A DNA stretch of 64,000 bases from a virus (taxonomy: Duplodnaviria; Caudoviricetes), in the IMG/VR virus record IMGVR_UViG_2936413993_000002, positions 1-64,000 of that record; one strand, written 5' to 3'. The notes under the pieces are model-generated. The model saw only the letters and a list, made by a program, of their open reading frames with translations, did not search any database and was not told where the DNA came from. Both the position numbers and the translations under genes were made by a program. Positions 31,801 through 41,303 of the stretch are shown here, in pieces (position 1 is the first letter of the stretch; every line of letters begins with the position of its first letter).

Positions 31801-32085
31801 ATGAGTCAGCGTACAAGATTTGTTGCTAAAGGTAGGCTTAAAGAATTGCTTGAACAAAGTGAATATCCTAACCAAAAAGAATTTGCTAGAGCGGTTGGTG
31901 TAGGTGAACCGACTATTAGCAGATTTGATAGTCAAACAAGATATGATATTAATACATTAGTTTCTATTAGTAGAGTTTTAGGTGTGACGGTTGATGAATT
32001 ATTTATCATTGAAGAAAATGAAAATTACAGTCATCTGAGACCTATAGGTATAAATATGCAATCACACACTAAGAAAGATAACTAG
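31801..32085 (+). CDS. XRE/Cro-family HTH transcriptional regulator
   Basis: 'LKELLE...NQKEFARAVGVGEPTISRF...LGVTVDELF'; TTGACA upstream; TTACATAT-type repeats in the divergent spacer. Confidence 0.85.
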   Translation: MSQRTRFVAKGRLKELLEQSEYPNQKEFARAVGVGEPTISRFDSQTRYDINTLVSISRVLGVTVDELFIIEENENYSHLRPIGINMQSHTKKDN

Positions 32086-32208
32086 TAAATAAACATCTAA
32101 TAAAACAGCACTTTTAACTTATCGTAAACACAAGAAGACATTGGAATTGTCCAGTGTCTTCTTGTATGCACAATAGGGGAGAAGGGAGGGAGCATAATAT
32201 AACTCCCA

Positions 32209-33216
32209 TTAACCAAATATTTTATTCTTTTCTTCTTCGAAATCACGCAAGTCATAATGAGCAATAGTTGTAGCCACGTTTTCATGGTGGGCAACATATT
32301 TAGAGACTAATTCAAGTTTTACACCTTGCTCCAATAGATATGTGACACAAGAAGCTTTAAATAAGTGAGGATTAATCCGTCTACCTAATATGTCTGACAA
32401 TGTGTTTGCACAAAAATAGTCAGCCCAAGAAGCTGACATCTGATCTATACTACCATTATATTTAGTTGTAAAAATATACTCATGATCATACCCACGCTTA
32501 TCTAACCATAGATTTATATAATCTAATGCCTCTCGATTAATCATGTAAGGTTCTATTTTTCCGTCTTCTCCACGTCCTTTCAGACGAACATTATGGCTAT
32601 AAACAAAAGTAGCATCATCAGGGAAATTATAACTAGTGATCTCAGTTTTGAATTGAATTATTTCTGAACGTCTAGCACCTACATTAAAGGCGGTGGATAA
32701 CCAAGCCATACCTAAATAGTTTTCATCATTTTCTAAAACCGACATCATTTCCTTGTATTCTTCATATGTAACTTTAACCTTATCATATACCTTATTTTTG
32801 GGTATTGGAGGAAGACCACGAGTGAAGTTTCTGAACAATTTATAATCCTTAAAGTCATCTTCACCAACAATTACATTCTCGATATAATTACAAAGACTAG
32901 AAACACAAGCTTTCTTAAAACTAATTGCACTAGAAGACATTTTTCGGTTATCACGTAAATAACTCATGTATCTTAAAAAGTCACGTTTAGTTATTTTATG
33001 TAGAGCTTTGTTATTCATAGCGTCATATACGTAATAGCCAAATTGCCTAAGACCCGATATATATTGCTTTTTAGTAGCTGGAGAGTGGTTTTGTACTGAA
33101 ACAAATTCTTCTACTAATTCACGATACTCTGCATTAACTAATTTCCACATTTCATCCGTCACTTCTGGTAATTTAGGGGCTCTATCACGAAGCATATTCT
33201 TTTCAATTTTACCCAA
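32209..33216 (-). CDS. Tyrosine recombinase (YomM-like)
   Basis: GARRSE (R), LKGRG (K), NPHLFK (HxxK variant of HxxR), AHHENVATTIAHY (H, Y). Confidence 0.85.
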   Translation of the reverse strand: MGKIEKNMLRDRAPKLPEVTDEMWKLVNAEYRELVEEFVSVQNHSPATKKQYISGLRQFGYYVYDAMNNKALHKITKRDFLRYMSYLRDNRKMSSSAISFKKACVSSLCNYIENVIVGEDDFKDYKLFRNFTRGLPPIPKNKVYDKVKVTYEEYKEMMSVLENDENYLGMAWLSTAFNVGARRSEIIQFKTEITSYNFPDDATFVYSHNVRLKGRGEDGKIEPYMINREALDYINLWLDKRGYDHEYIFTTKYNGSIDQMSASWADYFCANTLSDILGRRINPHLFKASCVTYLLEQGVKLELVSKYVAHHENVATTIAHYDLRDFEEEKNKIFG

Positions 33217-33234
33217 TTTCTCACCTCCTATAAA

Positions 33235-33723
33235 TTATTCAATATCTAATCCACGAGCTTTAAGTGATTGTTTCATTGTTTTCGTATGTAAGTCTCTACT
33301 TAAAATTTCCTTCTCTGCTTCCTGAGTGAATGGGCGAGGGGAGGTATATTGATCAGCAGTACCATCACGGTTAGATGTATATTCATATCCAGTACCATAC
33401 TCAATTCCCTCAGCTATTTCATAACCATTTGCACCTTTAGTTATGTTCTCAACAGATAATTCAATACCATCCCCAACACGCTTAACATCAACTTTCATGT
33501 TATCTCTAGAACGTAAGCCACCTTTATCCCGTCTACGTTCATAAACCCATGGCTCACCATCTTCAGTTCCTGGTTTATAAGCATCATATACTGTATTATC
33601 AATAGCTTTCTGTTCCTCGTCTTTGACCATTTCAGCCATAACGGTTTCCATTACTGGTCTAAAGTGATTCTTTTCAACATGTTTTAATAGCTTTGCTAGA
33701 CTATCAAATGTGTCAGTAGCCAT
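33235..33723 (-). CDS. Neck/tail completion protein (HK97 gp10-like)
   Basis: 'YERRRDKGGL', 'IEYG', 'PRPFTQ'; position in the tail cluster. Confidence 0.6.
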   Translation of the reverse strand: MATDTFDSLAKLLKHVEKNHFRPVMETVMAEMVKDEEQKAIDNTVYDAYKPGTEDGEPWVYERRRDKGGLRSRDNMKVDVKRVGDGIELSVENITKGANGYEIAEGIEYGTGYEYTSNRDGTADQYTSPRPFTQEAEKEILSRDLHTKTMKQSLKARGLDIE

Positions 33724-33738
33724 TTACATCAATCCCAA

Positions 33739-34275
33739 CTACACCATAGGTATTTGTTTCTTTTGCTTAAAAGCCGACTCAATTAAATCAGCATTTTTCA
33801 GATCTAACTTAAATAGGTGTTCTTGAACCATATTTTGTAATTTTTCTACATATTCAAATTGTGCAATGTGTTTAGCTGTGTATTGATAAACTTTATTTAT
33901 CTCTGTTTGTAAGAATAATTCGTTCATAATAAATTCAAAAGCACTATCTCCATTATCTACACGTAAATCAATTAAGGCATCAATTTCACCTAACACCTCA
34001 TTGAAAGTTTTAGCTTTCAATTGAGATTTAAAATGGGTAAAATGCTTAATAATAAAAAAATGCAATAATGAAAAAGTTAACTTTTCACTTAGATTTATAT
34101 TTTCATCTTTTGTAGCCAAGATATTTTGAAGATCCTCATGCAATTCTAATATTTTTGTATGAGGGAAGAGAGGATAAAATGTGATAGTAGAACCGTCATT
34201 AAGTTCGTATTTTTCTGTTTCGTGTACTTCTTTGACTTTCTTCTTAGTTAATTTCAAATCGGTGGATTTACCCAT
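33739..34275 (-). CDS. Hypothetical tail-cluster protein, possible tail assembly chaperone
   Basis: Directly downstream of the major tail gene. Confidence 0.5.
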   Translation of the reverse strand: MGKSTDLKLTKKKVKEVHETEKYELNDGSTITFYPLFPHTKILELHEDLQNILATKDENINLSEKLTFSLLHFFIIKHFTHFKSQLKAKTFNEVLGEIDALIDLRVDNGDSAFEFIMNELFLQTEINKVYQYTAKHIAQFEYVEKLQNMVQEHLFKLDLKNADLIESAFKQKKQIPMV

Positions 34276-34346
34276 GTTATTATTTTCCTCCTTTTAATCC
34301 TAAAAAAGAGGACTCCGAAGAATCCTCAATAAAATTTATTTATGTA

Positions 34347-35111
34347 TTAAGCTTCATCGTCATTTTCGAAAATGTAGTCAATATAAGTACCTTCACCTGA
34401 AGCATCTTTGACTTCATACATATCAAAGACAATTTCAAGATTAGTAGCTTCAGTACCACTCATAGTAAAAGTCATGTTTTGTTGAGGTTTTGCCTTGTAA
34501 ACAGTCACATGACAAGGGTAATCACTATCATCTTCTTGGTTTCTAGCTAAACCTGTTCCATAAATCGCCACAGTCTTAGGGAATTTAGTTGATTTAATAC
34601 TAACTCTATTAGAAGTTGCAGGGGCTGCGTATTGATAGAAAGCAATAACTTCTTCACCATTTACAGCAGGAGTAGAAATATCCACTTCTTTAGCTGTTAC
34701 ACCAGTAATTGTTAACTCTTCCCCGGTGTCACGTAGACCTTTCAATTTATATAATTTTACGTCTCCAACAGGAGTTTCTGATAATGTAACGGAAGGAGCT
34801 CCGTCAGTTTCAGTTATTTTTAATACTTCTCGTTTAAAGATTGAACCAACACCTTTACCTAACTCTTCTCCAGTTAAAAGTGCTAGTAAATTTAAATCCA
34901 CCAAAGGAACTGTTAATGTAAAAGTACCTGCTTTTGAGTGATCAAAAGACATCTGCTTAGCATTACCACGTCCGCCAGTTAAATCCAATCTTTCTCCTGT
35001 AACTTCATTAGTTGTTGCTTGTGCATAATCAACAAAAGCAACAGGATTCTTTGTTTTAAAGTCGACGATATTAACGTCTAATACTTCCTTAATCCCATAT
35101 TGTAAACCCAT
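34347..35111 (-). CDS. Major tail (tube) protein
   Basis: 'YGIKEVLDV...LTGGRGNAK..SFDHSK' and beta-rich composition; strong RBS; downstream terminator. Confidence 0.7.
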   Translation of the reverse strand: MGLQYGIKEVLDVNIVDFKTKNPVAFVDYAQATTNEVTGERLDLTGGRGNAKQMSFDHSKAGTFTLTVPLVDLNLLALLTGEELGKGVGSIFKREVLKITETDGAPSVTLSETPVGDVKLYKLKGLRDTGEELTITGVTAKEVDISTPAVNGEEVIAFYQYAAPATSNRVSIKSTKFPKTVAIYGTGLARNQEDDSDYPCHVTVYKAKPQQNMTFTMSGTEATNLEIVFDMYEVKDASGEGTYIDYIFENDDEA

Positions 35112-35126
35112 TGGATAATTCCTCCA

Positions 35127-35867
35127 TTATAATTTAATTTTATTATTACCAACTACCCAATGCTTCATTTCTTTCCTATCTTTTTCAGACATATGAGGTA
35201 GATGGATATAATCGTTATGATAGTTGTCCCAAAGCACTAGTCTTAAATACTCAAGATATAATTGGTTAACTGTTAACTCCCAAACATTTAAAATACTAAT
35301 ATTTTTACTATTACTCGCAACAATAGAAATTGTATCTGCTAAAGTTAAACTGTCATTACCAGTCTTTTTTTGAATTTCACTTTTAACTTTGTTTAATCTT
35401 TCAAGTAATGCGTTAGCTTTTTTATTGGCAGGTTTATAATTTTCAGCAGAATCACTTCTGAAGTTCTGTTTAGATAAAACATCTCTTAAACGTAAAAAAT
35501 CTTCCTCTTTCAAAGGAAGATGGTTGTTATTATTAATTAAATAAAAATTTCTAGTTGCTTCGTCGAAAAATGAATCAGTCCTTAAAAAGACTCTAATTGC
35601 ATTAGTCACAATTTCTCTCATATTCAAATCTACTTCTAGTAACTGAATAAAAAACTGATATTCTGTTAATTTGGAATGAGAAACTCTTTCTTCATAACTT
35701 AGTTCGTTAATAGGTATGTGGTTTTTACTCATTAATAATCCGTTCAAACAGAGAACATATAAATCTTCGCCCAATTCAGAGATTTCTCCGAGAGTGAGAG
35801 GATGAACAAAAATATTATCGATTAACTGAATAGGGGAGCCTTTTAATATTTTCAGATCATCACTCAT
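35127..35867 (-). CDS. Conserved tail-cluster protein (YomV-like)
   Basis: Synteny; coupled to the upstream gene. Confidence 0.55.
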   Translation of the reverse strand: MSDDLKILKGSPIQLIDNIFVHPLTLGEISELGEDLYVLCLNGLLMSKNHIPINELSYEERVSHSKLTEYQFFIQLLEVDLNMREIVTNAIRVFLRTDSFFDEATRNFYLINNNNHLPLKEEDFLRLRDVLSKQNFRSDSAENYKPANKKANALLERLNKVKSEIQKKTGNDSLTLADTISIVASNSKNISILNVWELTVNQLYLEYLRLVLWDNYHNDYIHLPHMSEKDRKEMKHWVVGNNKIKL

Positions 35868-36373
35868 TTTCTAAAACTTCCAAACTCATATACGCACTTG
35901 TAACCAACATAATTTCTAGGTACACCTGATATTATATTCCCACCAACATACTCTAATTTCCCAAACACACCTTTAACTTTTGCATTTACTAGTAAGTCGT
36001 TTAACCTATCAGTAATTCTAGAGGAACGAAAATCTCCATTCTCATAATCAACATGACATAGTATATCAATATGTATTTCTTGATCTGCAGTAGCGTAATT
36101 ATTTCGTTCAGGAGTTCTTCTTCCTGGATAAATAAATAATCTGCACAATTTTATAGGCTCCAAATCATCAACTTTCACTGACTTCATAATATGCTTATTT
36201 TGAATATCAGATAATTCTTCAGGCGGTTTGTCTATAATATTTGGTAGAGTAGGGGATAGGGGGTCAGGAATACCTTCAGCAAAATTCTCTGGTTTAAGAG
36301 TTAATAATCTTAATAAGTCTTCATCTTTCCTAATATGTATAAATGTGTTGAGGATGTCATCATATAAGCCCAT
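35864..36373 (-). CDS. Putative tail terminator/completion protein
   Basis: Synteny between head-closure and tail tube genes. Confidence 0.55.
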   Translation of the reverse strand: MGLYDDILNTFIHIRKDEDLLRLLTLKPENFAEGIPDPLSPTLPNIIDKPPEELSDIQNKHIMKSVKVDDLEPIKLCRLFIYPGRRTPERNNYATADQEIHIDILCHVDYENGDFRSSRITDRLNDLLVNAKVKGVFGKLEYVGGNIISGVPRNYVGYKCVYEFGSFRK

Positions 36374-37056
36374 TATGAAGTCACCTCGCTTGGTATAATA
36401 TCAGCCGTAATTGTCATTAATCCAACCTCATTAATCACCTTAGTTTTATCAACGTTGACAATTTTGTAAGTATTGTCATACATCATAAACTCAGAGTTAT
36501 CTTTAACATTGGAAATTGGTTGATATTTCATTGTTATAACAATTCGACCATCAGGAAGATTTAGCTGACTATTTTTCTCTCTATCTTTTATACTAGATTC
36601 CACAATACAGGGTACTAAGAATTCTTCTCCACCAACCCATTGATAAACAGGATCTCCAAACTTATCTCGAATGACATTTCCTTGATCATCCCGCATTAAA
36701 ACTTTCGTTTTATCAGTAATGGCGGGGAAGAAGGAGTTACAAATCTTCATATCTGCTTTTCGATAAATTTTGTTATCCTCTGGAATTGTCACAACTAACC
36801 AATCTTGCTTATTGATGTTTAATATGTTCCCACGTTCTATATCTGCAATATGCCCGATAACTCTTTTAGTTTCACTATCAGAATCGTATTTTTGATAAAT
36901 CAATACTCTAATAGGAGTAGGATAGCTATCTACAAATGCTTCATAAGATTCAAAACCATTAAGAGAATGTTCTAATAAGGTCATTCCGTCTCGATGTATT
37001 TTATCATTGGTATTTATGTTGTGATAATTACTATAATCCTTCATCTTCATCACCAC
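36373..37056 (-). CDS. Putative head closure/completion protein
   Basis: Synteny; beta-rich. Confidence 0.5.
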   Translation of the reverse strand: MVMKMKDYSNYHNINTNDKIHRDGMTLLEHSLNGFESYEAFVDSYPTPIRVLIYQKYDSDSETKRVIGHIADIERGNILNINKQDWLVVTIPEDNKIYRKADMKICNSFFPAITDKTKVLMRDDQGNVIRDKFGDPVYQWVGGEEFLVPCIVESSIKDREKNSQLNLPDGRIVITMKYQPISNVKDNSEFMMYDNTYKIVNVDKTKVINEVGLMTITADIIPSEVTS

Positions 37057-37279
37057 AAATGACTAGTTGACTTATCTTGGAAACATCAGCGCTAACAGTA
37101 AGGATAATATCTCTCAATTCAACCAAATCCGGCTCATCTAATAATCTTTTACCTAGATAATTCTCCAACTTATATAAGATTGAATTATTTCTCTTACTAA
37201 TTCTTGAGCAATAAGCATACAACGATTCAATCTCAATAGTTCCGTCATTTTTAACTATTTTTACTTTAAGGTTGCTCAT
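37031..37279 (-). CDS. Small hypothetical head-tail cluster protein
   Basis: Coupled ORF within the operon. Confidence 0.55.
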   Translation of the reverse strand: MSNLKVKIVKNDGTIEIESLYAYCSRISKRNNSILYKLENYLGKRLLDEPDLVELRDIILTVSADVSKISQLVICGDEDEGL

Positions 37280-37671
37280 AAGAAATCAACCTCCGTATTC
37301 ATGATTAAACGGTCAATAGTTTTATCTTGGAGTTCAATAGATGATTTAAGAGAGTTAAGTTGAGTGCTGAAGTTTTTTAAGCCTACATCTTTCGAGAAAG
37401 GCTGCCAAAGATTCTCAAAGTATGTCTTTTGGTTAATTAAAAATATATAACGAATATAGTTTGCTAAAATCAAAAGGTGATCTTGTGTTATTTCTTTATC
37501 TAGCGTTTCTTTAACATCATCGCAAATTAGGTCTGTTCTCAGTCTGTTATTCATATACATGACTGCATTTCTGATAGATTCATAAATTGCTTTATTCGTT
37601 TGAGGTAAATCTAAATCGGATACTTTACAATTATTTAGAAAGGTAGTCCAAATTTCATCATAAGAAGTCAT
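37276..37671 (-). CDS. Putative head-tail adaptor
   Basis: Helical 131-aa protein after the capsid genes. Confidence 0.55.
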   Translation of the reverse strand: MTSYDEIWTTFLNNCKVSDLDLPQTNKAIYESIRNAVMYMNNRLRTDLICDDVKETLDKEITQDHLLILANYIRYIFLINQKTYFENLWQPFSKDVGLKNFSTQLNSLKSSIELQDKTIDRLIMNTEVDFL

Positions 37672-37684
37672 TTATCATCACTCC

Positions 37685-38149
37685 TTATTCGAATAGAAGA
37701 GAAGGGTCAATATTCATCCAATTAGCTAAGAAATCAATTTTACCTTTAGTTAAATCATCTTTTAGTGTAGCAGCAACTTCTAGAACAAATTGTTTTTCTG
37801 AATCAACGGTAATTTTGTTTAAAGATGCTTTCATTTTATTGATATTGCCTTCTAATAATTTTTTAATTTCTTCATGAGAGTGAGTGTTATTTTCATATGT
37901 TTCAATCTCTGCGATACCATCTTTTAGTTCAGTTGTAGTTTCATTCTGATCCATAATTACCAATTCGCCTTTGTCAAAACAAATAGTACTCATAGTTAAC
38001 CATTCAACTACCTCACGAGGTACTTCTTTTACATCAGGTTTACCATTTTTACTACCATTCCATGTATACTGACGATTTGATCCATCCCCATCATATCTAA
38101 CAAAATAAGATGTGTTTCTATATCTACCTAATTTAACTTTATCTGTCAT
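37685..38149 (-). CDS. Conserved head-cluster protein (YonA-like)
   Basis: AGGAGG RBS; follows the major capsid gene. Confidence 0.6.
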   Translation of the reverse strand: MTDKVKLGRYRNTSYFVRYDGDGSNRQYTWNGSKNGKPDVKEVPREVVEWLTMSTICFDKGELVIMDQNETTTELKDGIAEIETYENNTHSHEEIKKLLEGNINKMKASLNKITVDSEKQFVLEVAATLKDDLTKGKIDFLANWMNIDPSLLFE

Positions 38150-38224
38150 ATAAGATATCCTCCTTATTATCCTAAGAAAGGAGTAAGTTTTTTCTTACCC
38201 CTTGTAATTTATTTTTATAAAAAA

Positions 38225-39241
38225 TTATAAAGTAACTGCAGATTGCTCTTCAATAATCCCGATAGCCTCACCAAATAATAGGTTAACTGCAACATCTTGA
38301 GTAATTTTCATCATAACTCTTTCATCTTCAATATCTGTAGCAGTTTGTTGACGTAATCCACCATACTCAACGATAGAGAATGGTTTTTGTTCTACTCCAC
38401 CGGCAAACATGTAACCTTTATTTACTGGAAGCTCAACTTTTGAGTTAGTAGCATCAGTGAATGGGTTTACCAAGTTGACCGCAGTAGTACGAGCTATAGT
38501 TGCTGGATTTAATGCTGTTAATAATTCATCTTTAATACCATCAGTTAAAAGGTTTTTCAAAGTAGAATCTGTAGCTTGTTGCATAGCAAAATAGTCAATC
38601 AATAAAGCATCTGCAACAAATACAGGACGACCACCATAACGTTGAAGTACAGAAGCCACTTTATTGTATTGTGCAATTGTCAAGTTAGCACCTGTTACAA
38701 CGTTTTTACCTGGGATCTTACCACTTGTAATAGCTGTAGCAGTAAGTTCATTGATCTTATCAAGGAATAAACGTACTTTTGCATTAGCAACGTCATTGAT
38801 TAATTTGCGGAAATATTCTTCTGATTCCTTAACTAAATCAAGTGGCTCATAATAGAAACCAGTAGATAGGTGAACAGGAACTGCTACAATAGACTTTTTA
38901 CCTTCTACACGTACTAAATCCACACCAGAACCAACAGCAGACCAAACTACCTTAGCTTTGTTCTTTTGTGGAATCTTTAATTCTACTAAATCACCGCGAT
39001 TACGATTTTCCACTTTAGCAAATAAAGAAAGAAGGTTAGTCACCATAGGTTTTGCAATTTCATCTGCCATTTCTACAACTAAAGTGTTAAATTGATGCAA
39101 TGCAGAAGGATCTGGAGTTTGTGAACCATCGCCGAATACTTTAGTAATATAAGCTTTAATATCAGTTGAATCCTTTTCTTCCATTTTGTTATTGTATACA
39201 CGGCTAAACAAGCCTTTTAATTTTGAGTTATCAAGTGTCAT
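38225..39241 (-). CDS. Major capsid protein (YonB-like)
   Basis: 338 aa; follows protease/scaffold and decoration genes; followed by a hairpin. Confidence 0.75.
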   Translation of the reverse strand: MTLDNSKLKGLFSRVYNNKMEEKDSTDIKAYITKVFGDGSQTPDPSALHQFNTLVVEMADEIAKPMVTNLLSLFAKVENRNRGDLVELKIPQKNKAKVVWSAVGSGVDLVRVEGKKSIVAVPVHLSTGFYYEPLDLVKESEEYFRKLINDVANAKVRLFLDKINELTATAITSGKIPGKNVVTGANLTIAQYNKVASVLQRYGGRPVFVADALLIDYFAMQQATDSTLKNLLTDGIKDELLTALNPATIARTTAVNLVNPFTDATNSKVELPVNKGYMFAGGVEQKPFSIVEYGGLRQQTATDIEDERVMMKITQDVAVNLLFGEAIGIIEEQSAVTL

Positions 39242-39272
39242 TATTAAATCTCCTTATAAGTTATTTTTAAAA

Positions 39273-39809
39273 TTAGGCTTCAATTACTTCAAGACGCACA
39301 GTTGCAGCACCTAAAGTGTATTCCATGTCATCTTCACTATTTACTACTAAGAACTTAGCAGAAGATCCTGCGTAATCTTCATGAGCTGATCCAACTTCAG
39401 AAATAATAAATTTCTTAGTAGCAGGATCAAAGTGAGCAACCTGTCCTTTAGCAACAGCAGAAACGCCAGTATTTAATGTGAATGCGGATGTTTCAAATCG
39501 AGTATAACCCGGTTCGAAAATTACGATTCTCGCACGTTCTCCAACCCCATTATAGAAATCAACCATTGCTTCACCTAAATATCTCACTTCAGGAGTAGCA
39601 ATTAAGTATGCCTTCTTATCAATAGCTGATAATTGTTTCGCAGTACGTTCTCCATCGTCATTGAAACCAAGTTCAACAAGTGTGAAGTTATCAATATCTG
39701 TTCCTTCAACTAAAGCACCATGCGCTAGTGTTTTGATTTTCATAGAATTTAAGTTACCAACAGTATGAGTGCCTACCTCAGTTAAGGCTTTTAAAATACG
39801 ACTTGCCAT
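39273..39809 (-). CDS. Putative capsid decoration/cement protein (YonC-like)
   Basis: Lies between scaffold and capsid genes. Confidence 0.55.
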   Translation of the reverse strand: MASRILKALTEVGTHTVGNLNSMKIKTLAHGALVEGTDIDNFTLVELGFNDDGERTAKQLSAIDKKAYLIATPEVRYLGEAMVDFYNGVGERARIVIFEPGYTRFETSAFTLNTGVSAVAKGQVAHFDPATKKFIISEVGSAHEDYAGSSAKFLVVNSEDDMEYTLGAATVRLEVIEA

Positions 39810-39842
39810 TGTTTTATTCCTCCAATTTGTAATTTAATTGTT

Positions 39843-41273
39843 TTATTTTGAATATCTACTATCAAAGTCATCACTAGCAGGAATAAGGTTTTCTCTCTTA
39901 CTAGAAACTTCTCTGATAACATTTTCCTCTGGTTTAGCTTGTTCAAATACTACTAAATCTACTAAAATACTGTTTAACTGTAAGATTGCTTGTTTACCAT
40001 CTTCATTTTCGTAGATAGATTTATTTAATAGTTCTTGAACTTCATCTGAAGCAAATGTATCACTTGCTTTCAATGCTTCAAATTTCTTAGAGTAGAATTC
40101 TTTCTTCTCATTAAGTTTTTCCTCATTTTGTTTCGCTTCAAATTGAGTCTTGAAAGGTTCTAATTCAGAAACTTTAGTAGTTAGTTCAACAACCTTTTCA
40201 GAAGCACTATTGAATTTGTTTTCAATATCATTTTTCGTTTCTGTTAAACTATTAACTTGTGTTTGTAAGTCAGTAATAGTCTGATCTTTTTCATTAAGTT
40301 GGGATTGAACAGCTTCAGGAACAAGCTCTTCCCAGTTGCGAGTTAGAAATACTTCAACTTTTGAATCAAAATCAATTTCAACATCATTTTCTGATTCTGT
40401 ATAGTTTAACTTAAAGTGTTTATCATACGAATTTTCTTCAGACCAACTATATAAATTCACAATAAAGTAAGTTTCGTATACATCTGAAATCCACGAATCT
40501 TCATTTTCGCCAAGTGTGGCATCCAATTTAGCATATAATTTTGATCGTATATCACTATGCGATAATTCAAACACTTTCTTAAATTTTTCCACTTTATTAA
40601 CCTCCTTGTCGTTCAATTGTTTATCAATATTTTCTTGATTAACTGCTTGAGCAACTAATTTTGTTATCTTAGAAACGTCGTAAGCAGGATAGACTTTTTG
40701 ATGATCGCCACGTTCTTCAGAGTTCAAAATGCAGTGTCCTTCATAAACATATGAAAGAATTTCTTCAACTCCATCTTTAAACAAGTAACTATCATATAGA
40801 ATTTCCATACTTGAAACTACATCAATTCCACTATCATTCCATTCTTTTAGTAAACCAATGACATTGGGGAATCTAGAAGCCCATAATATTCCTTTACCAA
40901 TAACAACTTCTTTTTCTTGACCATTTTCATCAAGAATAGTCGATATGTAACCATCTTCAGTAAAAACTCCTATAGGTACTGTATCCAATCCTAATATGGT
41001 GTCACCAGATTTTCTGTCTTGATCCAAATAAAGTTCATGAGAGCCAAGAGCATCATCTTCTGCACCACTCTCTGAAACTGGATGATATTTACAAACAATA
41101 GGCATATCTTTTAAAGTATGTAAGGTCTTTAATGCAGTCTCTTTTGAGATTATTGAATTATTATGACTAACTTCGAAATCATGTAGTATAAACTCGACTT
41201 CTTTTTTAGTCGGATTATCAGTGTCCTGTATTGAATTTAATTTAATATCAAATAATGCTCTCTTTTTTTTCAA
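39843..41273 (-). CDS. Prohead protease/scaffold (YonD-like)
   Basis: N-terminal protease-like region ('SSMEI', 'GHCIL..PAY') and acidic C-terminal coiled coil. Confidence 0.7.
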   Translation of the reverse strand: MKKKRALFDIKLNSIQDTDNPTKKEVEFILHDFEVSHNNSIISKETALKTLHTLKDMPIVCKYHPVSESGAEDDALGSHELYLDQDRKSGDTILGLDTVPIGVFTEDGYISTILDENGQEKEVVIGKGILWASRFPNVIGLLKEWNDSGIDVVSSMEILYDSYLFKDGVEEILSYVYEGHCILNSEERGDHQKVYPAYDVSKITKLVAQAVNQENIDKQLNDKEVNKVEKFKKVFELSHSDIRSKLYAKLDATLGENEDSWISDVYETYFIVNLYSWSEENSYDKHFKLNYTESENDVEIDFDSKVEVFLTRNWEELVPEAVQSQLNEKDQTITDLQTQVNSLTETKNDIENKFNSASEKVVELTTKVSELEPFKTQFEAKQNEEKLNEKKEFYSKKFEALKASDTFASDEVQELLNKSIYENEDGKQAILQLNSILVDLVVFEQAKPEENVIREVSSKRENLIPASDDFDSRYSK

Positions 41274-41303
41274 TATCTCACCTCCTTAAAGAGAGAAAAG
41301 TAA

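Noticed and set aside
32209-33216. The prophage integrase marking an att boundary
   Set aside because: It lies inside the tail operon with phage genes on both sides; no host junction is visible
33739-34275. Programmed -1 frameshift in a tail assembly chaperone
   Set aside because: No convincing slippery heptamer with an extended alternative frame was identified
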